Assembly: GCA_002269645.1 (NCBI GenBank)
Contig: NIVC01001162.1
Coordinates: 54,437-118,436 of the forward strand
Length of the DNA stretch: 64,000 bases
Direction of reading: 5' to 3'
Source: Macrostomum lignano
Taxonomy: Eukaryota
Part shown: one piece after another, positions 25,497 through 37,597 of the stretch
Position numbering within the stretch: the first letter of the stretch is position 1
Layout of the letters: every line of letters starts with the position of its first letter
Translations under genes and position numbers: made by a program
The notes under the pieces: generated by a model
What the model was told of the DNA's origin: nothing
What the model saw: only the letters and a program-made list of their open reading frames with translations
The model's database searches: none

Positions 25497-26195
25497 GGCC
25501 TAGAGTTTACTTAGCTTCAGGACCTTGTTTAATAGACTTCAGCGTCTAGACTTTACTTAGCTTCAGGGCCTAGAGTTTACTTAGCTTCAGGGCCTAGAGT
25601 TTACTTAGCTTCAGGGCCTAGAGTTTACTTAGCTTCAGGGCCTAGAGTTTACTTAGCTTCAGGGCCTAGAGTTTACTTAGCTTCAGGGTCTAGAGTTTAC
25701 TTAGCTTCAGGGTCTAGAGTTTACTTAGCTTCAGGGCCTAGAGTTTACTTAGCTTCAGGGCCTAGAGTTTACTTAGCTTCAGGGTCTAGAGTTTACTTAG
25801 CTTCAGGGCCTAGAGTTTACTTAGCTTCAGGGTCTAGAGTTTACTTAGCTTCAGGGCCTAGAGTTTACTTAGCTTCAGGGCCTAGAGTTTACTTAGCTTC
25901 AGGGTCTAGAGTTTACTTAGCTTCAGGGCCTAGAGTTTACTTAGCTTCAGGGTCTAGAGTTTACTTAGCTTCAGGGCCTAGAGTTTACTTAGCTTCAGGG
26001 TCTAGAGTTTACTTAGCTTCAGGGCCTAGAGTTTACTTAGCTTCAGGGCCTAGAGTTTACTTAGCTTCAGGGCCTAGAGTTTACTTAGCTTCAGGGCCTA
26101 GAGTTTACTTAGCTTCAGGGCCTAGAGTTTACTTAGCTTCAGGGTCTAGAGTTTACTTAGCTTCAGGGCCTAGAGTTTACTTAGCTTCAGGGTCT
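25497..26195. repeat. 24-bp minisatellite (GAGTTTACTTAGCTTCAGGGYCTA), about 29 copies
   Basis: Direct repeats. Confidence 0.95.
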
Positions 26196-26321
26196 TGTTT
26201 AATCAGCTTCAGAGTCTTGTTAAATAAACTTCAGGGTCTTTTTAAAAAAACTTCAGGGTCTTTTTAAAGAAACTTCAGGGGCCTAGAGTTTTGTTAGCTT
26301 TAAGGTCTTGTTTAATAATCC

Positions 26322-26660
26322 TCATGGCCTTGTTTAGTAAGCTTCATGGGCATGTTTAGTAAGCTTCATGGTCTTGTTTAGTAAACTTCATAGCCTTGTT
26401 TAGTAAGCTTCATGGTCTTGTTTAGTAAACTTCATGGCCTTGTTTAGTAAGCTTCATGGGCATGTTTAGTAAGCTTCATGATCTTGTTTAGTAAGCTTCA
26501 TGGGCATGTTTAGTAAGCTTCATGGCCTTGTTTAGTAAGCTTCATGGCCTTGTTTAGTAAGTTTCATGGCCTTGTTTAGTAAGTTTCATGGCCTTGTTTA
26601 GTAAGTTTCATGGCCTTGTTTAGTAAGCTTCATGGCCTTGTTTAGTAAGCTTCATGGCCA
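26322..26660. repeat. 22-bp minisatellite (GCTTCATGGCCTTGTTTAGTAA), about 15 copies
   Basis: Direct repeats; shares GCTTCA and TTAG pieces with the preceding 24-mer. Confidence 0.92.
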
Positions 26661-26852
26661 ATTTTATCTTCAGGGTCTAGAGTATAGTTAGCCTCAGGGG
26701 TCTGAAATATGAGAAAATTCAGCGTCTAGATTATGATAAAGTTAGGGGCTAGATTAGAGTGGACTTCAAGTTTTTTTTAAGGCTTCTAGGTTTTAAGTTG
26801 TTAAACTTCATAAATAAATCCCAATTAATGAATTGATTCCCCCTATCCGCAG

Positions 26853-27273
26853 GTAGTGACAGTGGACAGGCTCCGCGCGCTGAGCACCCTAACGGAAGCG
26901 TTCGTATCCAGCCGCACCATCATGAACACCAACGCGTCCCGCTGCGCCCAGCTCTACGCTATCGACTTCGATTACTCCGGCTGCGTGTCCGGCCTGTCCT
27001 ATCACGTGCTGCTGCTGGAGCGGTCCCGCATCGTGCGTAGGCCCGAGGGCGAGCCCGCCTTCCACGTGTTCTACTATATGCTGTCCGGCCTGTCCCAGCA
27101 GGAGCGGGAGCGGCTTCTGCTCAACAATCCGCCTGAGCCCAACCAGTTCCTCACTCCGCTGCACCGGCCTGAGGATCAGGCGGCTGGCCGGGACAAATGG
27201 CTGAGGATTGTTGAGGCTGGCCGGACTCTGGGCGTGTCCGAGCAGGAGTGGCACAGCCTGTGCAAACTGCTGG
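26853..27273 (+). CDS. MYO18A: Myosin XVIII motor exon (switch I)
   Basis: LTEAF..NTNASRCAQ..LLERSRIVRRPEGEPAFHVFYYML; ctatccgcag|GTA, G|gtgaga (phase 1). Confidence 0.92.
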
Positions 27274-27339
27274 GTGAGACTGCTGCTGATGAGACCGTTC
27301 TGGCTTCTTCTCTCTTCTGCTGTGTGCTGCTGTGTCTGC

Positions 27340-28090
27340 TTTCGTGTCTTCTGCTGTCTTCTTCTGGTCTCTGCTGTCTTTTTCTGGTCTCTGCTGTCTT
27401 CTTTTAGTCTCTTCTGCTGTCTTCTTCTGGTCTCTTCTGCTGTCTTTTTCTGGTCTCCTGCTGTCTTTTTCTGGTCTCTGCTGTCTTCTTCTGGTCTCTG
27501 CTGTCTTTTTCTGGTCTCTGCTGTCTTCTTCTGGTCTCTGCTGTCTTTTTCTGGTCTCTGCTGTCTTCTGGTCTCTTCTTCTGTCTTCTTCTGGTCTCTT
27601 CTTCTGTCTTCTTCTGGTCTCTTCTGCTGTCTTCTTCTGGTCTCCTGCTGTCTTTTTCTGGTCTCTGCTGTCTTCTGGTCTCTTCTTCTGTCTTCTTCTG
27701 GTCTCTTCTTCTGTCTTCTTCTGGTCTCTTCTTCTGTCTTCTTCTGGTCTCTTCTGCTGTCTTCTTCTGGTCTCCTGCTGTCTTTTTCTGGTCTCTGCTG
27801 TCTTCTTCTGGTCTCTGCTGTCTTTTTCTGGTCTCTGCTGTCTTTTCTGGTCTCTGCTGTCTTCTTCTGGTCTCTGCTGTCTTCTTCTGGTCTCTTCTTC
27901 TGTCTTCTTCTGGTCTCTTCTGCTGTCTTCTTCTGGTCTCTTCTGCTGTCTTCTTCTGGCTCCTGCTGTCTTTTTCTGGTCTCCTGCTGTCTTTTTCTGG
28001 TCTCTGCTGTCTTCTTCTGGTCTCCTGCTGTCTTTTTCTGTTCTCTGCTGTCTTCTTCTGGTCTCTTCTGCTGTCTTCTGTCTTTTCTGC
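27340..28090. repeat. Nearly A-free CTGCTGTCTTCTTCTGGTCT-type tandem repeat
   Basis: Direct repeats; source of the spurious 296-328 aa ORFs. Confidence 0.95.
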
Positions 28091-28656
28091 CCTGCTGCTG
28101 TGTCTTCGTTAGACACTATATGCGTATTCTGTTGTTGTTGCTGTTCTTATTTTCGTTGTGTCTTCTGCTGTCTCTTCTGCCTTGTTGTATTTAAACAACT
28201 TCAACTTCACGTCCTTTGTTGACCTACACAACTGTAGCTGACTCAAAATAGGTTTACTGCCTTAATTACCAATAAAATTTACGCAATCGTTCTACTTTAC
28301 TAAAAGTAGTTAGTTTATTAAAATTAGAAAATGAAACATCGGTCCGATAACTAGACAGCCTGGCGCAGTCATGGCCCTGTTTGTTAGTACGGCGGACCAA
28401 CATCATACAGAAGCTAATATTCTACTCATAGTAGTACTTATTAGCTTTGCGGGAAGCTTGCGACCCGTTTCTGGTGCAATATATAGGGATGCCTGAGTTA
28501 TCTAGCACAATGTTCTCGTTTTCTCCTGCTCAATATTTAGCGGAATATTGTGCTGCAGAAAGCGCTATTTGTGCCCAGTAACTGTTCCAGCAGATTCTTT
28601 GGCGTGGCATTCAAAGGCTTGCACCTACATGCTTTATTGTATTGTCTGCTCGAATC

Positions 28657-29880
28657 CCATCTGAATTACTCAAATCCCAGCTGAATTACTCAAATCCCAA
28701 CTGAATTACTCAAATCCCAACTAAATTACTCAAATCCCTACTTAATTGCTCAAATCCCAACTGAATTACTCAAATCCCAACTGAATTACTCAAATCCCAA
28801 CCTAATTGCTCAAATCCCAACTGATCACTAAAATCCCAGCTGAATTACTCAAATCTCAACTGATCACTCAAATCCCAGCTGAATTACTCAAATCCCAACT
28901 AAATTGCTCAAATCCCAAATGATTTACTAAATCCCAACTGAATTACTCAAATCCCAATTGAATTACTCAAATCCCAAATGGATAACTCAAATTCCAACTG
29001 GATTACTCAAATCTCAACTGATCACTCAAATCCCAGCTGAATTACTCAAATCCCAACTTAATTGCTCAAATCCCAACTGATCACTCAAATCCCAGCTGAA
29101 TTACTCAAATCCCAACTGAGTTACTCAAATCCCAACTGAGTAACTCAAATCCCAACTGAGTTACTCAAATACCAGCTGAGTTACTCAAATCCCAGCTGAG
29201 TAACTCAAATCCCAACTGAGTTACTCAACTACCAGCTGAGTAACTCAAATCCCAACTGAGTAACTCAAATCGCAACTGAGTAACTCAAGTCCCAACTGAG
29301 TAACTCAAATACCAGCTGAGTAACTCAAATCCCAACTGAGTAACTCAAATCCCAACTGAGTAAACTCAAATCGCAACTGAGTAACTCAAATCCCAACTGA
29401 GTAACTCAAGTCCCAACTGAGTAACTCAAATACCAGCTGAGTAACTCAAATCCCAACTGAGTAACTCAAATCGCAACTGAGTAACTCAAATCGCAACTGA
29501 GTAACTCAAATCGCAACTGAGTAACTCAAATCCCAACTGAGTAACTCAAATACCAGCTGAGTAACTCAAATCCCAACTGAGTAACTCAAATCCCAACTGA
29601 ATTACTCAAATCCCAACTGAATTACTCAAATCTCAACTGAGTTACTCAAATCCCTGCTGAATTACTCAAATCCCAACTGAGTTACTCAAATCCCAGCTGA
29701 GTAACTCAAATCCCAACTGAGTAACTCAAATCCCAGCTGAGTAACTCAAATCCCAACTGAATTACTCATACCAACTGAGTAACTCAAATCCCAACTGAAT
29801 TACTCATACCAGCTGAGTAACTCAAATCCCAACTGAGTTACTCAAATCTAAACTGAGTAAATGAAATCCCAACTGACTCA
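28657..29880. repeat. 20-bp minisatellite (GARTWACTCAAATCCCAACT), about 60 copies
   Basis: Direct repeats ending about 40 nt before the acceptor at 29923. Confidence 0.95.
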
Positions 29881-29923
29881 AATGGCCCAGCGCTAAACTT
29901 GATGCCCCTGCCCCAATTCGCAG

Positions 29924-30378
29924 CCGCCATCTTCCACCTGGGCACCGCCGGCGCTGTGCAGCTGCCCCACGGCGGCTTCCAATTCGAGAAGGTGACGGCA
30001 GCGGAGCGGGCCGCCTCCCTGCTGGGCTGCAGCGCGGCTGAACTGCGCAAATTCGCCTTCCAGCTGGGCCAGTCGGACTCGAAAGCCGCAGGCGGGCAGG
30101 CTTACTCACCGTTCGAGCTGTTGCAGGGCTTCGTCACCGGCCTGTACACGGAGGTGGTCACACTGATCATGTTCCTGGTGAACCGCTGCTTCTCCTGCGG
30201 CGAACGATCGTCTAGAACCATCACGGTGCTGGACCCGCCCGGCTTCCAGCAGGTGGCCTCGTGCGGCCGCACTACGGGGGCAAGCTTCGAGGATCTGTGC
30301 TATAATTATGCTCAAGAGAGACTGCTCGGCCTCAATTATGAGCTCAATCTGGCTTTGCCCAGGGAGCGGCACGAAGAG
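29924..30378 (+). CDS. MYO18A: Myosin XVIII motor exon (switch II)
   Basis: AAIFHLG..GLYTEVVTLIMFLVNR..LDPPGFQ..ASFEDLCYNYAQERL; aattcgcag|CC, GAG|gtgagg. Confidence 0.92.
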
Positions 30379-30465
30379 GTGAGGCAGTTTTTATTAATGT
30401 GGGCAGATTCTGTAGGGAGCTTTAAATCCCATCAGTTTTCAACCATGGATGAATTCTAAATGCTT

Positions 30466-31606
30466 GAACCCAGTTCTAAATGCCATTCCCAGTTTTAATC
30501 CCATTCCCTGTTGAAATCCCATTGCCTGTTCAAATCCCATTTCCTGTTCAAATCCCATTGCCTGTTCAAATCCCATTTCCTGTTCAAATCCCATTCCCTG
30601 TTGAAATCCCATTGCCTGTTCAAATCCCATTGCCTGTTCAAATCCCATTCCCTGTTGAAATCCCATTCCCTGTTCACACCCCATTCCCTGTTGAAATCCC
30701 ATTGCCTGTTCAAATCCCATTGCCTGTTCAAATCCCATTGCCTGTTCAAATCCCATTCCCTGTTGAAATCCCATTCCCTGTTCACATCCCATTCCCTGTT
30801 GAAATCCCATTGCCTGTTCAAATCCCATTTCCTGTTCACATCCCATTCCCTGTTCACATCCCATTCCCTGTTCAAATCCAATTCCCTGTTCAAATCCCAT
30901 TCCCTGTTCAAATCCAATTACCTGTTCAAATCCCATTCCCTGTTCAATTCCCATTCCCTGTTCAAATCCAATTACCTGTTCAAATCCGATTCCCTGTTCA
31001 ATTCCCATTCCCTGTTCAAATCCCATTTCCTGTTCACATCCCATTCCCTGTTCAAATCCAATTCCCTGTTCAAATCCCATTCCCTGTTCAAATCCCATTC
31101 CCTGTTCAAATCCAATTCCCTGTTGAAATCCCATTCCCTGTTCAAATCCCATTCCCTGTTCAAATCCCATTCCCTGTTCAAATCCAATTCCCTGTTCAAA
31201 TCCAATTCCCTGTTCAAACCCAATTCCCTGTTCAAATCCCATTCCCTGTTCAAATCCCATTCCCTGTTCAAATCCAATTCCCTGTTCAAATCCCATTCCC
31301 TGTTCAAATCCAATTCCCTGTTCAAATCCAATTCCCTGTTCAAATCCTATTCCCTGTTCAAATCCAATTCCCTGTTCAAATCCCATTCCCTGTTCAAATC
31401 CCATTCCCTGTTCAAATCCCATTCCCTGTTCAAATCCAATTCCCTGTTCAAATCCAATTCCCTGTTCAAACCCAATTCCCTGTTCAAATCCCATTCCCTG
31501 TTCAAATCCAATTCCCTGTTCAAATCCAATTCCCTGTTCAAATCCAATTCCCTGTTCAAATCCAATTCCCTGTTCAAATCCCATTCCCTGTTCAATTCCC
31601 ATTCAA
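30466..31606. repeat. 18-bp minisatellite (TTCAAATCCCATTCCCTG), about 62 copies
   Basis: Direct repeats; 6-aa periodic ORFs. Confidence 0.95.
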
Positions 31607-32604
31607 CTGTACAGCACTACATGCAAACATAGATCAAACCTCCATGCCTATAAAGCTTATGTTTTGTTGCCAATAATCTCCTTCCCCAGATTGACACAGA
31701 TCCGGACAGGTCAAAGGTTTGTGTGGCGGGATTAACAGTTAGCATGCATGCATGCAAATTTTTTCTCCTAGATGTTTTGAATCCTAATTATATTCCTTGC
31801 GTTGTCAATAGGGGGCATTTTTCATGAAAGATTGGTATTGTATATAAAGCAAAATTCTATCTGAATATGTAATCCTATGTACATTAAAACAGCATGCTCG
31901 ATAGAGTCTACTCATGTAGTGAAGATTTGAGTAAGCATGCGGCGAATTTTGTTGAGTTAACTTTATTTAGCAATAAAAATCGCTGCACTAAGTTTGTACA
32001 TATTGATAGCATGAAAGCATGTGCATGCAGCACATAATAATATGTTAGAAATAGCCGCATGTCATATTATTGCAATGCCCATAATGTGCGCATATCTATC
32101 AAAATGTGTCCAAGCATTAGGCGCCTGCGCTCAGTGACTTGCCGCAGGCGTTAGTACACTGGACATAACAGCAGGCCCTGTTATTCTATTTTTATTGAAA
32201 CATTTTCAATAATTATTTTATAATAATTGGCCAAGCCGATACAGTTGCACTGTAATGCACTGGCTGATGCATTGTAAATTTACACTCTCTGATAAGGAGT
32301 TTGTACTTTTCCTAGCCAGTCAGTTTTATTACTATCCTATGCAATCCAGTTGTGGCCGTGTCACGTGACGTGGCGAGTGGCCCAAATTCGTTAATAGCTG
32401 GATTGCGCCGCAATTTATGCATTTTTTGTTAAGTATCGGCTCACATTTTGACAGGCATTCGGTGTGTGTAAATTTTAGTGCTCTCCAAATGGGTTGAATG
32501 TCGTGTATGATTTTTTAAACCACTGTGATATTTTTATTTTTAGTGTTTATTGTGTAGCATTTCTGCTAGACTTTGTGTAGAATGTAGTGTGTGTAATGTA
32601 GATA

Positions 32605-33525
32605 CTGGTCCCCGTGGACACCCCAGGTCTCTATATGGACACCCCAGGTCTCTATACGGACACCCCAGGTTTCTATACGGACACCCAGGTCTATATGGAC
32701 ACTCAGGTCTCTATATGGACACCCCGGGTCTCTATATGGACACCCCGGGTCTCTATACAGACACCCCAGGTTTCTATATGGACACCCAGGTCTCTGTATG
32801 GACACCCCAGGTCTCTATATGGACATCCCAGGTCTATATATGGACACTCCAGATCTCTATATGGACACCCCAGATCTCTATATGGACACCCAGGTCTCTT
32901 ATATGGACACCCCAGTCTTTGTATGGACACCCCAAGTCTCCATATGGACACCCCAGGTCTCCATATGGACACCCCAGTTCTCCATATGGACACCCCGGGT
33001 CTCTATACGGACACCCCAGGTTTCTATATGGACACCCAGGTCTCTGTATGGACACCCCAGGTCTCTATATGGACACCCCAGATCTCTATATGGACACCCC
33101 AGATCTCTATATGGACACCCCAGATCTCTATATGGACACCCAGGTCTCTTATATGGACACCCCAGTCTTTGTATGGACACCCCAGGTCTCCATATGGACA
33201 CCCCAGGTCTCCATATGGACACCCCAGGTCTCTATATGGACACCCCGGGTCTCTATACGGACACCCCAGGTTTCTATATGGACACCCAGGTCTCTGTATG
33301 GACACCCTAGGTCTCTATATGGACATCCCAGGTCTCTATATGGACACCCCAGATCTCTATATGGACACTCAGGTCTCTTATATGGACACCCCAGTCTTTG
33401 TATGGACACCCCAGGTCTCCATATGGACACCCCAGGTCTCCATATGGACACCCCAGGTCTCTATATGGACACCCCAGGTCTCTATATGGACACCCAGTCT
33501 TTGTATGGACACCCCAGGTCTCCAT
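32605..33525. repeat. About 21-bp minisatellite (TATGGACACCCCAGGTCTCTA), about 44 copies, with higher-order blocks
   Basis: Direct repeats ending about 30 nt before the acceptor at 33556. Confidence 0.95.
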
Positions 33526-33556
33526 GCTAATAAAACGCCACCTGATCACCTGCCAG

Positions 33557-34084
33557 GAGGACGTGGACATCTCCAACTGGGAAGTGGGCGACACCAACCC
33601 GGCCGACCTGATCAGCCTGATGGATCGGCAGTCCGGCGCCGCATTGGCCGCTTCGAACTCGGCCGTGAAATCTGGCGGCGACTCCGGGCCGGACCAGCAG
33701 CAGGGTCTGCTGTGGCTGCTAGACGAAGAGAGCGTGTCAGGCAACGACCAGTCCTTTGTCCGCCGGATGCACCAGCTCTATCACCGGCATAAGCAGCAAT
33801 TTCGCGACAGAAATTCTCGCCTCCTACGAAGAGCCAAAGGCGGCAATTTTGTGCTGAATCACTGCAATCTAACCACGCCAGTGCTGTACAACCCGCTCTC
33901 CTGGCTGAAGAACTGCCGCGAGTATCCCAGCTCTGGGCAGGCGCTGGAGCTGCTGGAGAGGAGCGCTGACGATTTCACTGCCAGGCTGATATCCGAGGCC
34001 AGGGCGCAGAATGCCGGCGTAAGAAGGGGGCCGCTGCGGCCCAACACCTCTATGCTGTACAGGCAGAAGAGCGTGTCTGCTCAG
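33557..34084 (+). CDS. MYO18A: Myosin XVIII motor exon
   Basis: GLLWLLDEES..FVLNHCNLTTPVLYNPLSWL..RQKSVSAQ; cctgccag|GAG, CAG|gtgagc. Confidence 0.9.
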
Positions 34085-34104
34085 GTGAGCCGAGGTCATG
34101 TGCT

Positions 34105-34480
34105 CTCTTTGGGGTCTTTTAGTGGACCCTTAGTGCCTTCTTAGTGCTCTCTTAGTGGACGTTTGTGATCTCTTAGTGCTCTCTCTGTGGTCTCTTAGTG
34201 TACCCATAGTGGCCTCTTGGTGCTCTCTTAGTGGTATCTTAGTGGATACTTAGTAGACCCTTAGTGTCTCTTAGTGGTATTTTAGGTATCTTAGTGGTCT
34301 CTTAGTGCTCTCTTGAATCTCTTAGTGGTCTCTTAGTGCTCTCTTAGTGATTATTAGTGGTCTCTTAATGTTCTCTTAATGTTCTCTTAGTAGACCCTTA
34401 GTGGTTTCTTAGTGGTCTCTAATGGACACTTAGTAGACCCTTAGTGGTCTCTTAGTTGTCTCTTAGTGGTCTCTTAGTGG
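34105..34480. repeat. Degenerate about 11-bp repeat (TAGTGGTCTCT)
   Basis: Fills most of intron 34085-34595. Confidence 0.88.
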
Positions 34481-34595
34481 ACAAACGTTGGTCTAAATCC
34501 CTAGTAAATCACTCAATCAGACTCAGAAATGTCTGTGTATCCAACCAGACTCAATGGTCCCCCCGACTCCCCTCTATTCCCGCCCAAATCCGCAG

Positions 34596-34988
34596 GTAAA
34601 ATCGCAGATGGACTACCTGACAGACCTGATGAAGAAGGCCAGCTCAGGCGGTCGCATCCACTTTGTCTACTGCCTGTCCCCTGTGCACAACGCCGGCCTG
34701 TGCGACCTGAAGAGCTCCCTGATGGCGCCGGACTTTACTCAGGGCGTCAACACGCCTCTGCTCCGGCTGCAGCTGCGCGCCTTTCACATTCTCAACACGG
34801 TGCGCTCGTACAAGTACAGCTACCCGGAGCAGGCCAACTTCCGGGAGCTGCGACAGCGCTACGCCAGCCTAGCCAAGCCCGAGGTTCGCCAGGCTGTCGC
34901 TGTGATGCTGGACGAACGGGAGGCCGCGACCGCAGTGCTGGAGGATCTGGGGCTGGCCGCGGCCGCTTATAAGATTGGGAATACTCAG
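34596..34988 (+). CDS. MYO18A: Myosin XVIII motor exon (SH1-SH2 region and converter start)
   Basis: IHFVYCL..PLLRLQLRAFHILNTVRSYKYSYPEQANFRELRQRY..YKIGNTQ; aaatccgcag|GTA, CAG|gtgagg. Confidence 0.92.
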
Positions 34989-35029
34989 GTGAGGTACTCG
35001 ATTGTCTGGATGCTTTATGAAACCTCGCG

Positions 35030-35400
35030 TGATTCGCCTCTAAAAATCGCCTCTTAAAGATTGCCTCTTAAAAATCGCCTCCTTAAAATCACCTCGTAAC
35101 AATCGCCTCTTTAAAATTGCCTTTAAAGAATCGTCTCCTAAAAATCGCCTCCTTAATAATCGCCTCTTATTAAAAATCGCCTCTTAAGAATCACTTCCTA
35201 AAAATCGCCTCCTTAATAATCGCCTCTTATTAAAAATCGCCTCTTAAGAATCACTTCCTAAAAATCGCCTCCTTAATAATCGCCTCTTATTAAAAATCGC
35301 CTCTTAAGAATCACTTCCTAAAAATCACCTCTTGAAAATAGCTGCTAAAAACCGCCCTTCCAAAAGTGGCGTTTTGAAAATCACCTCTTAAAATGACCTG
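35030..35400. repeat. About 13-bp repeat (AAAAATCGCCTCT) with a 60-bp higher-order unit present about 3 times
   Basis: The lines starting at 35161, 35221 and 35281 are near-identical. Confidence 0.9.
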
Positions 35401-36272
35401 ATTTAACAGCCTATTGATTAGTTTATCAAGGGCTATCATAGCCCAGGCGATGGCGAAATTATCCAGCTCGCATGTGCAATTAGCGCCAGTCTCTTATCAG
35501 TGTACTTTATAAATCATCAGTCATTAGGTGCATTGTTGGCAGCTCTGCGCTGGTCACTCCCTCTATCCCGTAGTTAACTAAAATCAATGATCAATTCAGT
35601 GACTGGGCTGTTTTCTTTCTTGACGTCAGCTCGCTAAGTTAAGTCGGCGGCGGCTATTGCTTCCAAACGCCCTTGGCCCCGCTTGCTCAGACCAATGAAT
35701 CATTCATTTCAACAATGCTAAATTCCCGCGGACTTGGGCAGCTTCTTATTTTTCACTTCCCCTTAGCATTTGTCTCTGCCGTCTCTCTTCTCTTGTACCC
35801 GCCCGGCCTTCCTATTTTCATTCCGGTAACTCAATCACCCTACTGCCCCCCTGCCCCCCACACTGCTCACTGCTCAATCTCTGGCTAGGCTGCACTCCCA
35901 TACTCTCAGCCACTCCCCTTCTTTCCGTGCACCTCCCATTAACCATTGGCTCTCCAGTAAGTCCCGTAGTCGCTTGAGTACACCCTATCCCGGAGCTTTT
36001 CACTCCAGTCAGTCCTAGAGCGTACATTTCTCCCCCCTCTGGGCTTCCTTAATCTCTGTTCCCTCCCAAGTACCTCCCCTGCAGCATGCGCGCAGGTTTT
36101 TTATACATAACTATTTCAATAAGCAACACTGGTTATTGTTAGTTTATTTATATTTCTGCATAACAAAGAAGACCCTAAGGGCATGGCTTGATTTACATAA
36201 TTATACAGCGGCTGTAGTTCTGTAAAAATTATGTCCCCGGAACCTTCGAGTCGACAGGTGCAATCTGCTAAA

Positions 36273-36416
36273 ATGGCTGCTGCTGCTGCTGCCGCCTCCT
36301 CCTCAGTTGTCTCTGTTAGTCCCAGGCTTAACCAGCAGCAGCAGCAGCAGCATCACGTCACACTGCATACCGAACTGTTTAGTGACAATAATAATTACTA
36401 CAAAAGTCAATTATGC
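36273..36416 (+). CDS. MYO18A: Candidate alternative first coding exon of a motor-less myosin XVIII isoform
   Basis: aaaATGgct start, open frame MAAAAAAASSSVVSVSPRLNQQQQQQHH..KSQLC, consensus donor TGC|gtaagt in phase 0, in frame with the exon at 37598. Confidence 0.5.
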
Positions 36417-36516
36417 GTAAGTATAATCTATTGCTCTTATTTGCACCGAATACTCGAATTGTCTAAGCATAACACTTCTCAAGATGCAGGCTTTCGCCGA
36501 CTTCATTGCTTAAAGA

Positions 36517-37505
36517 GAATCCCAATGGGATTTCTGCGTATCTCATAGCTTGTGTTTACAAAATTATCCCGATCGGATTTCTGCGGATCTCATAGCTTGT
36601 GTTTACAAATAATCCCAATCGGATTTCTGCGGATCTCATAGCTTGTGTTTACAAAATTATCCCAATGGGATTTCTGCGGATCTCATAGCTTGTGTTTACA
36701 AAATTATCCCAATGGGATTTCTGCGGATCTCATAGCTTGTGTTTATAAAATTATCCCAATGGGATTTCTGCGGATCTCAAAGCTTGTGTTAACAAAATAA
36801 TCCCGATCGGATTTCTGCGGATCTCATAGCTTGTGTTTATAAAATTATCCCAATGGGATTTCTGCGGATCTCATAGCTTGTGTTTATAAAATTATCCCAA
36901 TGGGATTTCTGCGGATCTCAAAGCTTGTGTTTACAAAATTATCCCAATTGGATTTCTGCGGATCTCATAGCTTGTGTTTACAAAATAATCCCGATCGGAT
37001 TTCTGCGGATCTCAAAGCTTATGTTTACAAAATTATCCCAGTGGGATTTCTGTGGATTATCATTGCTTGTGTTTACAAATAATCCCAATCGGGTTTCTGC
37101 GGATCTCAAAGCTTATGTTTACAAAATTATCCCGATGGGATTTCTGCGGATCTCATAGCTTGTGTTTACAAAATTATCCTATTGGGATTTCTGCGGATCT
37201 CATAGCTTGTGTTTACAAAATTATCCTATTGGGATTTCTGCGGATCTCATAGCTTGTGTTTATAAAATTATCCCAATCGGATTTCTGCGGATCTCATAGC
37301 TTGTGTTTATAAAATTATCCCAATCGGATTTCTGCGGATCTCATAGCTTGTGTTTATAAAATTATCCCAATCGGATTTCTGCGGATCTCATAGCTTGTGT
37401 TTATAAAATTATCCCATTGGGTTTTCTGTTGATTATCATTATTATCATTACTTGATTATCATTATGTTTACAAAATAGTCCCAATGGGATTTCTGCGGAT
37501 CTCAT
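36517..37505. repeat. 47-bp minisatellite (GGGATTTCTGCGGATCTCATAGCTTGTGTTTACAAAATTATCCCAAT), about 21 copies
   Basis: Period measured between CCCAAT at 36661 and 36708. Confidence 0.95.
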
Positions 37506-37597
37506 GACTTCATCTGCCTGTTTCCCGGAATTGCCGCAGTCCATCGATGCGACGGTCTATAAATCATCGTTCACTATAAATCCCCACCTGTCCGCAG

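Noticed and set aside
27151-33792. Long ORFs of 296-398 aa (27151-28222, 30439-31676, 32550-33792)
   Set aside because: They are translations of intronic tandem repeats, open in several frames and on both strands, and lie between clear splice sites.
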